A stretch of 64,000 bases of DNA from NCBI GenBank assembly GCA_017521985.1, contig JAFXAZ010000035.1, forward strand, positions 625-64,624. Direction: 5' to 3'. Shown piece after piece: positions 44,369 to 53,811 of the stretch. The notes under the pieces were generated by a model, which saw only the letters and a list, made by a program, of their open reading frames with translations, made no database searches and was not told where the DNA came from. Made by a program: the position numbers and the translations under genes. Positions within the stretch are counted from its first letter, which is position 1, and each line of letters starts with the position of its first letter. The DNA is from Lachnospiraceae bacterium. GTDB lineage: Bacteria; Bacillota; Clostridia; Lachnospirales; Lachnospiraceae.

Positions 44369-45214
44369 TTATACGGTAACCGGGCTGCATTCTCTGGCCG
44401 TTACCAAAGCCGCACCGATAGAGGTGGCAAAGCCTGCATGCTCCGGAATCACAAAATATACACCCTCTCCTGCCAGCTCTGCACAGTCCTTGGTAATAAA
44501 ATCACATTCCGCAAAATTCGCCAAAGAACCAATTAAAATAAACTCTTTGACACCCATATTATGAGCAATTAATGTGCCCGTATGGCATAGATTTTCAATC
44601 ACCATATGCACAATGCCTGCTGCAATATCTTCCTTGGAAACCATTTCCTCCACCTTGCCAAAGTTGGCCGCAGTAACATTTAAATTAAGACCGGGCAACG
44701 GCTGCTTGGAAATATCCCCAATCAACAAATCAATCTGCTTGTAATCTCCCTGGGAAGAAAGTGCCTGAATAGCGTCCACATCCTGGGTATTAAGCAACAA
44801 TTTGGACAATCCCAAAATAGTGCCGCCGCCAATAGCAATACCGCCTAAATGGGTCAATTTATCGCCTTCTACCAGCACATAAGACGTACCGGTGCCCATG
44901 CTGACTACTACGGATTTTTCTTCCTTGGCAAAAAAGCGTCCGCCTACACCATTTGCTACAAACTCATCTACCTTATAAGTAGGTATACCATAAATCGGCT
45001 TCGTCACACCACTGCTTCCCACGCCTGTCAAATGAATTTCTGCAATATCAGACAAATCCAGTTCATTTTCCGTCAAAAACTGACCAAACGCACCAAACAA
45101 AGACGCAATGGGATTACTTGCCTCTACCTGAATACACTTGAGTAAATTCTTCCCTACAAAGCCGGATATTTTGGTAGTGCTGCCACCAATATCAATACCT
45201 ACGATGGTTTTCAT
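44369..45214 (-). CDS. coaW: Type II pantothenate kinase (CoaW-like, ASKHA fold)
   Basis: IVGIDIGGSTTKI, SMGTGTSYV, GGIAIGGGTILGL, QIDLLIGDI...LPGLNLNVTAANFG and GFATSIGAAL align by eye with Staphylococcus CoaW blocks. Confidence 0.7.
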   Translation of the reverse strand: MKTIVGIDIGGSTTKISGFVGKNLLKCIQVEASNPIASLFGAFGQFLTENELDLSDIAEIHLTGVGSSGVTKPIYGIPTYKVDEFVANGVGGRFFAKEEKSVVVSMGTGTSYVLVEGDKLTHLGGIAIGGGTILGLSKLLLNTQDVDAIQALSSQGDYKQIDLLIGDISKQPLPGLNLNVTAANFGKVEEMVSKEDIAAGIVHMVIENLCHTGTLIAHNMGVKEFILIGSLANFAECDFITKDCAELAGEGVYFVIPEHAGFATSIGAALVTARECSPVTV

Positions 45215-45215
45215 A

Positions 45216-46460
45216 TTAACCCTCCACAATTTTACCTGCAACCGCACTGGCCGCTGCTGTTTTCGGGGAAGCCAGGAAAATTTCCACCTTGGAAGTACCC
45301 ATACGACCTAAGAAATTACGATTGTTGGTCGCCACAACACGTTCCCCATCTGTAAGTATACCACCAGTTCGTCCACAACACAAGCCACAACCGGGATGGG
45401 TTATCATAGCACCTGCTTTTGCAAGAATTTCCATAGTTCCGTTTTCCACGGCCTCACGATAAACCTTGCGGCTGGCAGGAGTTACAATCAACTTTACAAA
45501 AGGTGCAACCTGTTTATCTTTTAAAATTTCTGCAGCTGCCATCAGGTCTTCTAATCGTCCATTGGTACAAGAACCGATAAATACCTGGTCAATCTCCGTG
45601 CCTGCCAACGCACGAACCGGTTTAATATTGTCTACCTGAGAAGGACAAGCTAATACCGGTACAAAGTCCTCCGCTTTATAATATATCTCTTTACAATATA
45701 CCGCATCTGCATCGCCCACCAAAGAACTTTCTGCCTCAGTCAGCTCCATTTCACAATATTCTGCGGTCTTTTCATCCGGAGTAAATAAAGCACATTTTGC
45801 ACCTGCTTCAATGGCCATATTTGCCATAGTCATACGGCTGGCAATGGTCATATTTTCCACGGTGTCCCCGGAAAATTCCAATGCCTTATACGTAGCACCG
45901 TCTGCACCTAAATCTCCAATCAACGTCAAAATAATATCCTTGCTGGTTACGTTAGCTGCAAGCTTACCTGTAATATGTACTTTAATGGTTTCAGGCACTC
46001 TCACCCACATCGTACCGGTACCAAGGATACTTGCCATCTCTGTGTACCCGATTCCGGAAGAAAAGGCGCCCACACAGCCATAAGTGGTAGTGTGACTGTC
46101 TGTACCAAAAACAATATTGCCCGGCTTTACATAGCCCGCCTCCGTCATCAACTGATGGCAGATACCGTCACTGCGGTGCACATGCTTCATGCCGTATTTT
46201 GCAGCAAATTCATTGCCTTTTCTAAAATGTCTGGCATCGTCCAACTGACTTGCCGGAACTAAGTGGTCGTAAATAAGTACCACCTTATCTGCATCCCAAA
46301 GCTTGGTAAAGCCCATTTCTTCAAATTTGTCCGCCACAAAAGGAATGAAAATGTCGTGAATCATCACTCTGTCCACATTTACCGTCACAATCTGCCCCGG
46401 CTTTACACATTCCGCTCCTATATTTCTTGCAATGATTTTTTCAATAATTGTTGAACCCAT
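45216..46460 (-). CDS. Aconitase-family dehydratase large subunit (LeuC/HacA-type), copy 2
   Basis: ...GTDSHTTTYG..., GSCTNGR and CG.C Fe-S ligand blocks. About 414 aa, the archaeal-type short LeuC form. Confidence 0.8.
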   Translation of the reverse strand: MGSTIIEKIIARNIGAECVKPGQIVTVNVDRVMIHDIFIPFVADKFEEMGFTKLWDADKVVLIYDHLVPASQLDDARHFRKGNEFAAKYGMKHVHRSDGICHQLMTEAGYVKPGNIVFGTDSHTTTYGCVGAFSSGIGYTEMASILGTGTMWVRVPETIKVHITGKLAANVTSKDIILTLIGDLGADGATYKALEFSGDTVENMTIASRMTMANMAIEAGAKCALFTPDEKTAEYCEMELTEAESSLVGDADAVYCKEIYYKAEDFVPVLACPSQVDNIKPVRALAGTEIDQVFIGSCTNGRLEDLMAAAEILKDKQVAPFVKLIVTPASRKVYREAVENGTMEILAKAGAMITHPGCGLCCGRTGGILTDGERVVATNNRNFLGRMGTSKVEIFLASPKTAAASAVAGKIVEG

Positions 46461-46469
46461 ACCACACCT

Positions 46470-46961
46470 CTAATCCAGTCCGTTTAATTTACGCATTGCC
46501 TTTACCAAACCGCCGGCTGAAATAATATCTACCAGATTCTGTGGCAAGGAAGTAATTTCATAATGCTGTCCGTTATGCTCAATGTCCTGATTTACGGTCA
46601 CGGTAATGGTATCGCCTTCGTTCACTGCTGCCTGCAACGCATCGTTTTCAATCAACAGCAACCCATTATTGATGGAATTACGGAAGAAAATGCGTGCGAA
46701 GGACTTGGCAATGACACATCGTACCCCCAGTGCCTTGATAATTTCCGGTGCCTGTTCTCTGGAGGAACCGCAGCCAAAATTTTTACCTGCTACAATCATA
46801 TCACCCGGTTTTATCTGTGCTGCCAGCTCCGGTCTTAATGGACTAAATGCATAAGGTGTCATATCCTGTATGCTTTTTAATGCTAAATATTCCGTTGGAA
46901 TAATAATGTCGGTATCGATATCGTCACCCAACACCCATACTGTTCCTGTAAATTGTTCCAT
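46470..46961 (-). CDS. Aconitase-family dehydratase small subunit (LeuD/HacB-type), copy 2
   Basis: ...DDIDTDIIIP...AGKNFGCGSSREQAP... Confidence 0.8.
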   Translation of the reverse strand: MEQFTGTVWVLGDDIDTDIIIPTEYLALKSIQDMTPYAFSPLRPELAAQIKPGDMIVAGKNFGCGSSREQAPEIIKALGVRCVIAKSFARIFFRNSINNGLLLIENDALQAAVNEGDTITVTVNQDIEHNGQHYEITSLPQNLVDIISAGGLVKAMRKLNGLD

Positions 46962-46996
46962 ATTCTTCTCTTTTCTGTGCCTTTTTGGTGCACGCT

Positions 46997-48253
46997 TTAT
47001 TCTAACATATCTGCTGTGGTAATCACACCTGCCACTGCACTTGCCGCAACGGTCGCTGCACTTGCCAGATACACAAAACTGTTTGGATGGCCTGCACGCC
47101 CCTTGAAATTACGGGTACCGGTACTAATCAGAGTCTCGCCCTCTCCGATAACACCCTGACAGCTTCCCCAGCAAACACTGCAGTTGGCATTCATCACAAT
47201 AGCCCCTGCTTCCATAAAAATATCCATCAGGCCTTCCTTCAGAGCCTGCATATATACCGTCTGGCTGGCCGGTACTACCAACAGCCTTACAAGCGGATGT
47301 ACTTTTCTTCCCTTTAATACGGCTGCTGCCACACGCAAGTCTTCGATGCGACCGTTGTTGCAGGAACCAATAAATGCCTCGTCAATCTTGACTCCGGCAC
47401 ATTCCTTCGCAGGTACTACATTATCTACAAAGTGAGGCTTTGCAACGATAGGTCGGATGGTACCTAAATCAATATCATAAACCTTGGCATACTGCGCGCC
47501 TTCATCACTCTTAAATACATGCTTTGGTGTACGTCCATGCTCCTTTAAATAATCCAGTGCCACGTCATCCACTTCCATAAGCGCTGTTTTGGCACCGGCT
47601 TCTACACAAAGATTACAAACAGCAATGCGGTCTGCCATAGTAAGCGTCGCAAGCCCTTCCCCGCCAAATTCCATCGCCATGTAATTGGCACCATTGGCAC
47701 TAATCTGACCAATTATGGTCAAAATCAAATCTCTGGCATATACGCCCTCCGGAAGCTTTCCGGTCAGGTTAAAGCGAAGAGTCTCTGGCACCAGTACCCA
47801 AGACTTTCCCGTCACCATAGCATATAAATAGTCGGTACAACCAACACCGGTACCAAACGCACCCAGTGCACCATATGCACAAGTGTGGCTGTCTGCACCA
47901 AAAATCAATTCACCCGGACGCACGTGATTTTCCATCATTACCTGATGACATACACCGGCCCCCTCATAAAACGTAATGCCATGCTCCTTAGCAAAATCAC
48001 GCATTTTTTTGTGACTGGCTGCGGTCTTTGGACTGTCACACGGCACATTATGGTCTACTACCCACACCAGCTTGGAAACATCTGCAATGTGAGGGTGTTT
48101 TAATTTATTATGATACATATCAATGGTAAGGTGCGTGGTGCCGTCGTTACTCAGTAACTGATCCACTTCCACCGTATGTATATCGCCTGCCTGAACGCAA
48201 TCTACGCCTGCTGCCGCCGCAATAATTTTCTCTGCCATTGTCATCGGCTTCAT
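46997..48253 (-). CDS. Aconitase-family dehydratase large subunit (LeuC/HacA-type), copy 1
   Basis: ...GADSHTCAYG..., GSCNNGR and NCSVCWG blocks. Confidence 0.8.
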   Translation of the reverse strand: MKPMTMAEKIIAAAAGVDCVQAGDIHTVEVDQLLSNDGTTHLTIDMYHNKLKHPHIADVSKLVWVVDHNVPCDSPKTAASHKKMRDFAKEHGITFYEGAGVCHQVMMENHVRPGELIFGADSHTCAYGALGAFGTGVGCTDYLYAMVTGKSWVLVPETLRFNLTGKLPEGVYARDLILTIIGQISANGANYMAMEFGGEGLATLTMADRIAVCNLCVEAGAKTALMEVDDVALDYLKEHGRTPKHVFKSDEGAQYAKVYDIDLGTIRPIVAKPHFVDNVVPAKECAGVKIDEAFIGSCNNGRIEDLRVAAAVLKGRKVHPLVRLLVVPASQTVYMQALKEGLMDIFMEAGAIVMNANCSVCWGSCQGVIGEGETLISTGTRNFKGRAGHPNSFVYLASAATVAASAVAGVITTADMLE

Positions 48254-48254
48254 A

Positions 48255-48731
48255 CTACACTTCCTCCTTATTTAATGATGCAATAAGTCCACCCTGGTCT
48301 AAAATCCCCTGCATATAAGGTGGAAGCTTCGTACAAGTATACTGCACACCATTTACGGCAGCAACGCCTTCTGACATATCCAGACTCATTTCATCCCCTT
48401 CAGAAACCGCGCCATAAAGTTCCTTACACACAATAACCGGCAAACCGATATTAATGGCATTGCGGTAAAAAATACGTGCAAAGGACTTTGCAACCACTGC
48501 CTGAACGCCCAATGCCTTTAACACACTTGGTGCCTGTTCTCTACTGGAACCGCAACCGAAATTTTCCTCTGCTACTACAAAATCTCCGGGTCTAACCTTG
48601 GCAGCAAACTCCGGGTCTAAGGATTCAAAGGTATGCACCTTCATCTCCTCAATGGTCGGATATAATAAATACTGGGATGCAATAATCTGGTCCGTATCCA
48701 CATCCCTATGAAAACGAAAAACTTTTCCCAT
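48255..48731 (-). CDS. Aconitase-family dehydratase small subunit (LeuD/HacB-type), copy 1
   Basis: ...DVDTDQIIAS...AEENFGCGSSREQAP... Confidence 0.8.
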   Translation of the reverse strand: MGKVFRFHRDVDTDQIIASQYLLYPTIEEMKVHTFESLDPEFAAKVRPGDFVVAEENFGCGSSREQAPSVLKALGVQAVVAKSFARIFYRNAINIGLPVIVCKELYGAVSEGDEMSLDMSEGVAAVNGVQYTCTKLPPYMQGILDQGGLIASLNKEEV

Positions 48732-48924
48732 AGTCACTCCTCCATAGTCCATAAAAATTCTTTCAGACTATATAAAACTAATATTTTACTATTGTATCAC
48801 AAAATACCTCAAAAAAATAGGAGTGATTTTAACCTTTTAACATGCATTATTTATCCTTTTTTTGCATAAAACTGCACTTTTCATAATATATTGGTAACCA
48901 GTGATTTTATCCTTTGGAGATGCT

Positions 48925-50457
48925 ATGTCTGATGTTATAAACCAGGTAAATTCTTACATAAACAATATTGTCTGGGGCACTCCGGTACTTACCCTGATTA
49001 TTGGCACCGGTGTCCTTCTGACCATCCTTACAAAGGGCTTTCAGTTTACCCACTTTCCATATGCTCTAAAGGAAATTTTCGGTGGATTACGAAAATCTGC
49101 TGTTTCAAAAAAAAACGCCCCAAAAGAGGCTAAAAAGCATTCCCCGGATGAACCACCTTCTATTTCTCAGTTCCAGGCTCTCTGTACTGCCCTGTCTGCC
49201 ACCATCGGCACCGGCAATATTTCCGGTATCGCCTATGCCATCACTGTCGGTGGACCCGGAGCTATTTTCTGGATGTGGATAGCCTCCCTTACCGGCATGA
49301 TTACCGGCTTTTCCGAAAAAGTGCTGGGCATTTATTATCGCAAACGCAATGCAGACGGCGAATGGTGCGGCGGTCCCATGTACTATTTGGAATATGGTTT
49401 AGGAAGCAAAAAAGGCTGTAAAATGCTGGGACATATACTTGCTGTTTTCTTTTCTCTCTTCACCATTTTGGCATCCTTTGGTATTGGAAATATGAGTCAG
49501 GTCACCTCCATTCGTGAGAGCATTTTAAGCCTAGTCACCTTTTCGGGAGTTCCGGAAAGAGACCGTTTTTTTATTGGGACTTTTATTGCTATAGCTGCAG
49601 CATTTGTGATTCTGGGAGGACTGCGCCGCATTGCCGACGCCAACGAAAAACTGGTTCCTTTTATGGCCGGGTTCTATATTCTGGGTGCTACTATTATACT
49701 GCTCCAACAAGCCGGTCAAATTTGTCCTGCATTTGGTGCTATTTTTCGACACGCCTTTTCCAAAGAAGCCATGCTCGGCGGTGCCGGCGGCACCATAATG
49801 CGTCACGCTATTGCCTGTGGCTTTAAAAGAGGTGTGTTTTCCAACGAGGCCGGACTTGGCTCCTCGGTTATTGTGCACGCTGTTTCCGACGTAAAAGAGC
49901 CCGTAAAACAAGGATTTTGGGGCATTTTTGAAGTGTTTTTTGATACCATTATTATCTGCACATTGACTGCACTGGTTATTCTCACCAGCGGGCTTGTTGA
50001 TTTAAACACCGGACTTGTTTTAAGTGACAACTCCAGTCTGGCCCTTGCCACAGAAATTTTTACCGGTTCTTTCGGTATGGCCGGCGGCTTGTTTATGGCA
50101 CTTTCCGTCACGTTATTTGCCTTCGCTACCATTCTTGGCTGGCATTTCTATGGTGTGCGAGCCTGGGAATATTTATTTGGCAAAAAAACTGCCATACTCT
50201 ACAAATACATCTATATTGCAGTTATTTTACTTGGCTGCATGCTTCAAACCGACTTTGTCATCGACCTGTCCGATACCTTTAACGGTCTGATGGCTATTCC
50301 CAATATGCTCGGTGTACTTAGCCTGACCCCTACCGTGCTTGCAATTTTAGATAATTATAAACAGCGTAACTTTTATGGCGCTACGCATCTGACACCTATG
50401 CTGTCATATTTTCCGGATATCCAAAAGGCTCAAATGCACAGAAAAGATTTTCCATAA
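48925..50457 (+). CDS. Alanine/glycine:cation symporter (AGCS family)
   Basis: ...LSATIGTGNISGIAYAITVGGPGAIFWMW... signature. Confidence 0.85.
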   Translation: MSDVINQVNSYINNIVWGTPVLTLIIGTGVLLTILTKGFQFTHFPYALKEIFGGLRKSAVSKKNAPKEAKKHSPDEPPSISQFQALCTALSATIGTGNISGIAYAITVGGPGAIFWMWIASLTGMITGFSEKVLGIYYRKRNADGEWCGGPMYYLEYGLGSKKGCKMLGHILAVFFSLFTILASFGIGNMSQVTSIRESILSLVTFSGVPERDRFFIGTFIAIAAAFVILGGLRRIADANEKLVPFMAGFYILGATIILLQQAGQICPAFGAIFRHAFSKEAMLGGAGGTIMRHAIACGFKRGVFSNEAGLGSSVIVHAVSDVKEPVKQGFWGIFEVFFDTIIICTLTALVILTSGLVDLNTGLVLSDNSSLALATEIFTGSFGMAGGLFMALSVTLFAFATILGWHFYGVRAWEYLFGKKTAILYKYIYIAVILLGCMLQTDFVIDLSDTFNGLMAIPNMLGVLSLTPTVLAILDNYKQRNFYGATHLTPMLSYFPDIQKAQMHRKDFP

Positions 50458-50507
50458 ATAAAAAAGCCCAAACTGCACATCCTAATCCCAAAACCAGGAG
50501 GTGCATT

Positions 50508-50648
50508 ATGGACAATTGTAAGAATAAAAATATAAAAACAACTGACGACTATGATGACGGCAACATCCCTCAGGTAGACTTACCCCAGGATGTGATTCCG
50601 GACGAAGTACCAAGAAAAGACGGTCCGGGCGGAGAGAGTGGCAAATAA
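50508..50648 (+). CDS. Small acidic ORF (46 aa) with a strong RBS
   Basis: AGGAGG (50496-50501) lies 6 nt before the ATG. Product is MDNCKNKNIKTTDDYDDGNIPQVDLPQDVIPDEVPRKDGPGGESGK. Below the ORF-track cutoff. Confidence 0.35.
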   Translation: MDNCKNKNIKTTDDYDDGNIPQVDLPQDVIPDEVPRKDGPGGESGK

Positions 50649-50708
50649 GCCACTCCACTTCTTCCCCAAAACACTACATAAAATTTCTGATTTTTTTGTA
50701 AAAATAGC

Positions 50709-50737
50709 TTGCATTTTTTAATAGAGTTTGCTATACT
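50709..50737 (+). promoter_or_regulatory. Sigma-A promoter of tRNA-Trp
   Basis: TTGCAT, 17 nt, TATACT, about 27 nt upstream of the tRNA 5' end. Confidence 0.65.
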
Positions 50738-50763
50738 GTCAAAGTAGTTGTTTTACAACACCT

Positions 50764-50834
50764 AGGGGAATCATCCAACGGCAGGATTCCGGTCTCCAAA
50801 ACCGTCCATGGGGGTTCGAATCCCTCTTCCCCTG
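50764..50834 (+). tRNA. trnW: tRNA-Trp (anticodon CCA), 3' CCA not encoded
   Basis: Hand-folded cloverleaf. Acceptor AGGGGAA/TTCCCCT. D stem ATCC/GGAT. Anticodon loop CTCCAAA. T arm GGGGG-TTCGAAT-CCCTC. GGTCTCCAAAACC is typical of Firmicute tRNA-Trp. Confidence 0.85.
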
Positions 50835-50844
50835 CTACGTTTAA

Positions 50845-50876
50845 AGACTTAGAAGTGTATTTTCTAAGTCTTTTTT
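50845..50876 (+). terminator. Rho-independent terminator after tRNA-Trp
   Basis: AGACTTAGAA / TTCTAAGTCT forms a perfect 10-bp stem followed by TTTTTT. Confidence 0.85.
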
Positions 50877-50892
50877 GTTATGACATTGAAAA

Positions 50893-50926
50893 AGCCACTA
50901 TACCGTGATTTTCCGGTATAATGGCT
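50893..50926 (-). terminator. Terminator of the nhaC-like gene (bidirectional shape)
   Basis: AGCCACTATACCG / CGGTATAATGGCT (1 mismatch), flanked by an A-run and a T-run. Confidence 0.7.
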
Positions 50927-50932
50927 TTTTCA

Positions 50933-52246
50933 CTACTTACTTTCCTTGCCAGGAATCACAAAAATAAACAATAAAGAACTAATCAACAACATGTACGGGT
51001 AAATAAGATTCGGCAGAATCTGGAACGCGCTTACTTCGCATCCTAATTCCACTGCAGTAGAAACTGCTACCAACATCTGTGCACCGTATGGGATGACGCC
51101 CTGGAAAATACAGGAGAAGGTATCCAGAATGGAGGCTGCTCTCTTAGAAGAAATGCCATAGTTTTCAGACATTTCCTTTGCAATAGGGTTTGCCATAACG
51201 ATTGCTACGGTATTATTGGCTGTGGCAATATCCATAGCACCTACTAAAAGGCCCATACCAAGCTCGCCGCCTTTTTTTCCCTTAAATACACGTTTAATCA
51301 GGTCAAGAAGTGCTTCAAATCCGCCGTATTCTGCAATCAATGCACAAATGGCAGATACTAAAATCGCAACCATAGTGGTTTCAAACATACCGCTTGCACC
51401 GGAGCCCATATTAGCTAAAAGGTCTGTTGCTGCGGTAGCACCGGTTGACAGCATAATCACGGAGCCACACACAATACCCATAAGAAGTACTACAAATACA
51501 TTGATACCGATAATACCACCTGCCAACACAAGTATGTACGGAACAATCTGAATTAAGTTATATTCGCCACCAACACCTGCACCTACTTCTAAACCAAAGG
51601 ATTGCACAAGTAAAATTACAAGGGTTGCCACTGCTGCCGGTAGTGCAATCCAGAAGTTTTCACGGAATTTGTCCTTCATGGCACAGCCCTGTCCGTTACA
51701 AGCCGCAATGGTCGTATCCGAAATAAAGGATAAGTTGTCACCAAACATGGCACCGCCAACTACTGCACCGATACAAAGCGGTGCCGCAAAACCGGTACTG
51801 TTTGCCAAGGCAACTGCAATTGGTGTAATCAGTGTAATCGTACCTACGCTGGTTCCCATTGCAACAGAAACAAATGCACTAACCACAAAAAGAACCAGTA
51901 CGGAAAATCTCGCCGGAATAATAGAAAGCATAAAATACGCCACGCTTTCTGCACTGCTTCTTCCCACAACACCTACAAAAATACCTGCTGTCATGAAGAT
52001 TAAAATCATAGTAATGATATTTTTATCTCCAATGCCTTTTCCCATAAGCTCTAATTTCTTGTCGAAACTAAGCTTTCGATTTTGTAAGCATGCTACAAGC
52101 AGTGCTACGAGAAATGCTACTACAATCGGAATGTTGTAAAAACCCATCGGAATTTTCATCACATATTCAAAAATAAGTCCAAGCCCAAGATAGATTACTA
52201 AAAATACGCCAATTGGCAAAAGTGCTTTAAAATTTTTTGTTTTCAT
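50933..52246 (-). CDS. nhaC: Na+/H+ antiporter, NhaC family
   Basis: 437 aa, polytopic, with an NhaC-like N-terminus ...LLPIGVFLVIYLGLGLIFE. Confidence 0.75.
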   Translation of the reverse strand: MKTKNFKALLPIGVFLVIYLGLGLIFEYVMKIPMGFYNIPIVVAFLVALLVACLQNRKLSFDKKLELMGKGIGDKNIITMILIFMTAGIFVGVVGRSSAESVAYFMLSIIPARFSVLVLFVVSAFVSVAMGTSVGTITLITPIAVALANSTGFAAPLCIGAVVGGAMFGDNLSFISDTTIAACNGQGCAMKDKFRENFWIALPAAVATLVILLVQSFGLEVGAGVGGEYNLIQIVPYILVLAGGIIGINVFVVLLMGIVCGSVIMLSTGATAATDLLANMGSGASGMFETTMVAILVSAICALIAEYGGFEALLDLIKRVFKGKKGGELGMGLLVGAMDIATANNTVAIVMANPIAKEMSENYGISSKRAASILDTFSCIFQGVIPYGAQMLVAVSTAVELGCEVSAFQILPNLIYPYMLLISSLLFIFVIPGKESK

Positions 52247-52308
52247 TGGTAAACCCTTCTTCTCATATATTTTTTAATCGCCATGCTCTGTAGCATATAT
52301 AATTCAGA

Positions 52309-52722
52309 CTACTTCAGATTCTGCGTCAGTAAGTCCTCTAACGTTACACTATCCAAATACTCTGCAACTATCTGATCCAGCTTCTGCCATAATGGCAAGG
52401 TCAAACAGTCACCCGCACGGTTGCATCCGCCCTTACTCTCTTCCAGACAATTTACGGTATTCAGTTCGCCTTCTGCCGCACGTACAATATCCCCCACACT
52501 GTAGGCAGATGCTTCTTTATTTAATCGATAACCGCCGCTTTTACCGCGCAAACTTTCTAACATCCCAGCCTTGCCCAAATTGGATACAATGGACTCCAGA
52601 TACTTCATGGAGACCTCTTGTCTGTCAGAAATTCCCTTGAGTGAGATATATTCCTCCGATGGCTGACTTGCAAGATCCAGCATGACACGCAGTGCATAAC
52701 GGCCCTTTGTTGAAATCATCAT
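52309..52722 (-). CDS. Rrf2-family transcriptional regulator
   Basis: MISTKGRYALRVMLDLA... winged HTH. C-terminal Cys residues are present (CLEESKGGCNRAGDC). Confidence 0.85.
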   Translation of the reverse strand: MMISTKGRYALRVMLDLASQPSEEYISLKGISDRQEVSMKYLESIVSNLGKAGMLESLRGKSGGYRLNKEASAYSVGDIVRAAEGELNTVNCLEESKGGCNRAGDCLTLPLWQKLDQIVAEYLDSVTLEDLLTQNLK

Positions 52723-52734
52723 ATCACTACACCC

Positions 52735-53169
52735 CTAGAAATCAGCTACTTCAAAAATTGGCTCTAAATCTTCGGTATCGGACGCCATAAAGCCTCCGAA
52801 AGCCAAGTGAAGCTCTTCTAAAACCTTCTTTACCATATCTTTATCCTTGGTGTTATAGCTGGCGGCATAAACCACCTTCACACCCTTGGCGGACAAAAAT
52901 TCCCGGTCTCCCGGCTCTGTAAACGTGTCCATCATATTTTCAAAAATAAGGCTGTCTGCAGAAAGCACAATCTCCATCAAATCCAGCTCTGTCCAGATTT
53001 CCTTAGCTTCCTCCTCCACACAATGTACTGCTTCCACCAAATCACGCACAGTCACCTCGGCCGGAATCATATAAAAATACTCTACTATCGTACCTTTATC
53101 TTCTTTCACTGTCTTTGCCTGCATTTTCAGACTGCCCTTTTTCTTTTTATCGTTCTTTTTTAATTTCAT
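52735..53169 (-). CDS. Hypothetical protein (144 aa)
   Basis: ORF trimmed to M43 so that it does not run over the divergent aroK start. No motif recognised. Confidence 0.4.
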   Translation of the reverse strand: MKLKKNDKKKKGSLKMQAKTVKEDKGTIVEYFYMIPAEVTVRDLVEAVHCVEEEAKEIWTELDLMEIVLSADSLIFENMMDTFTEPGDREFLSAKGVKVVYAASYNTKDKDMVKKVLEELHLAFGGFMASDTEDLEPIFEVADF

Positions 53170-53276
53170 AAATCGAATACCTTTTCCTTGTATTTTCCTT
53201 ATAAAACCATTATAGTGGAAATGTAGTTTTTTGCAAGAAAATTGTGTCAAAAAACAAAACGAAAGAGGACTTTTAT

Positions 53277-53795
53277 ATGAAACACACGAAACCAAACATT
53301 ACACTAATCGGGATGCCGGGGGTTGGAAAAAGCACCATCGGCGTTATTCTTGCCAAAATCATTGGCTATGAATTTGTGGATTCCGATATTGTTATACAAA
53401 AACAGGAAGGCAAGCTTTTGCGCGAAATTATCGCTGACGTAGGTAGTCAAGGATTTTTGGAAATTGAAAATCGTGTTCATGCAGAAATGGAGGTCACCAA
53501 CTCTATTATTTCCCCTGGAGGAAGCATCTGCTATTGTAGACAGGGTCTAGAGCACCTACGCGAGATTTCTACTGTGGTATATCTTAAACTGGACTATCCA
53601 AAGTTAAAACGCCGCCTTGGCAACCTGACCGCCAGAGGCGTGGTCTTAAAAAACGGCCAAAACCTTTACGACTTATACAAAGAGCGTACTCCTCTTTACG
53701 AGAAATACGCTCACGTTGTCATTGATGAAACAAATTTAAATGTTGAAAAAACCATTAAGGCTGTGATGGATGCCTTGGAGTTGGAGGCGGAGTAA
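53277..53795 (+). CDS. aroK: Shikimate kinase
   Basis: RBS AAGAGGA. P-loop IGMPGVGKSTIG. FVDSD... Confidence 0.85.
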   Translation: MKHTKPNITLIGMPGVGKSTIGVILAKIIGYEFVDSDIVIQKQEGKLLREIIADVGSQGFLEIENRVHAEMEVTNSIISPGGSICYCRQGLEHLREISTVVYLKLDYPKLKRRLGNLTARGVVLKNGQNLYDLYKERTPLYEKYAHVVIDETNLNVEKTIKAVMDALELEAE

Positions 53796-53811
53796 TCTCC
53801 GCTTCTAAACC

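Noticed and set aside
45216-48752. Naming the dehydratase pairs leuC/leuD
   Set aside because: No leuA or leuB genes are in the neighbourhood, the subunit order is reversed and there are two pairs. Substrate specificity cannot be read without alignment of the specificity loops.
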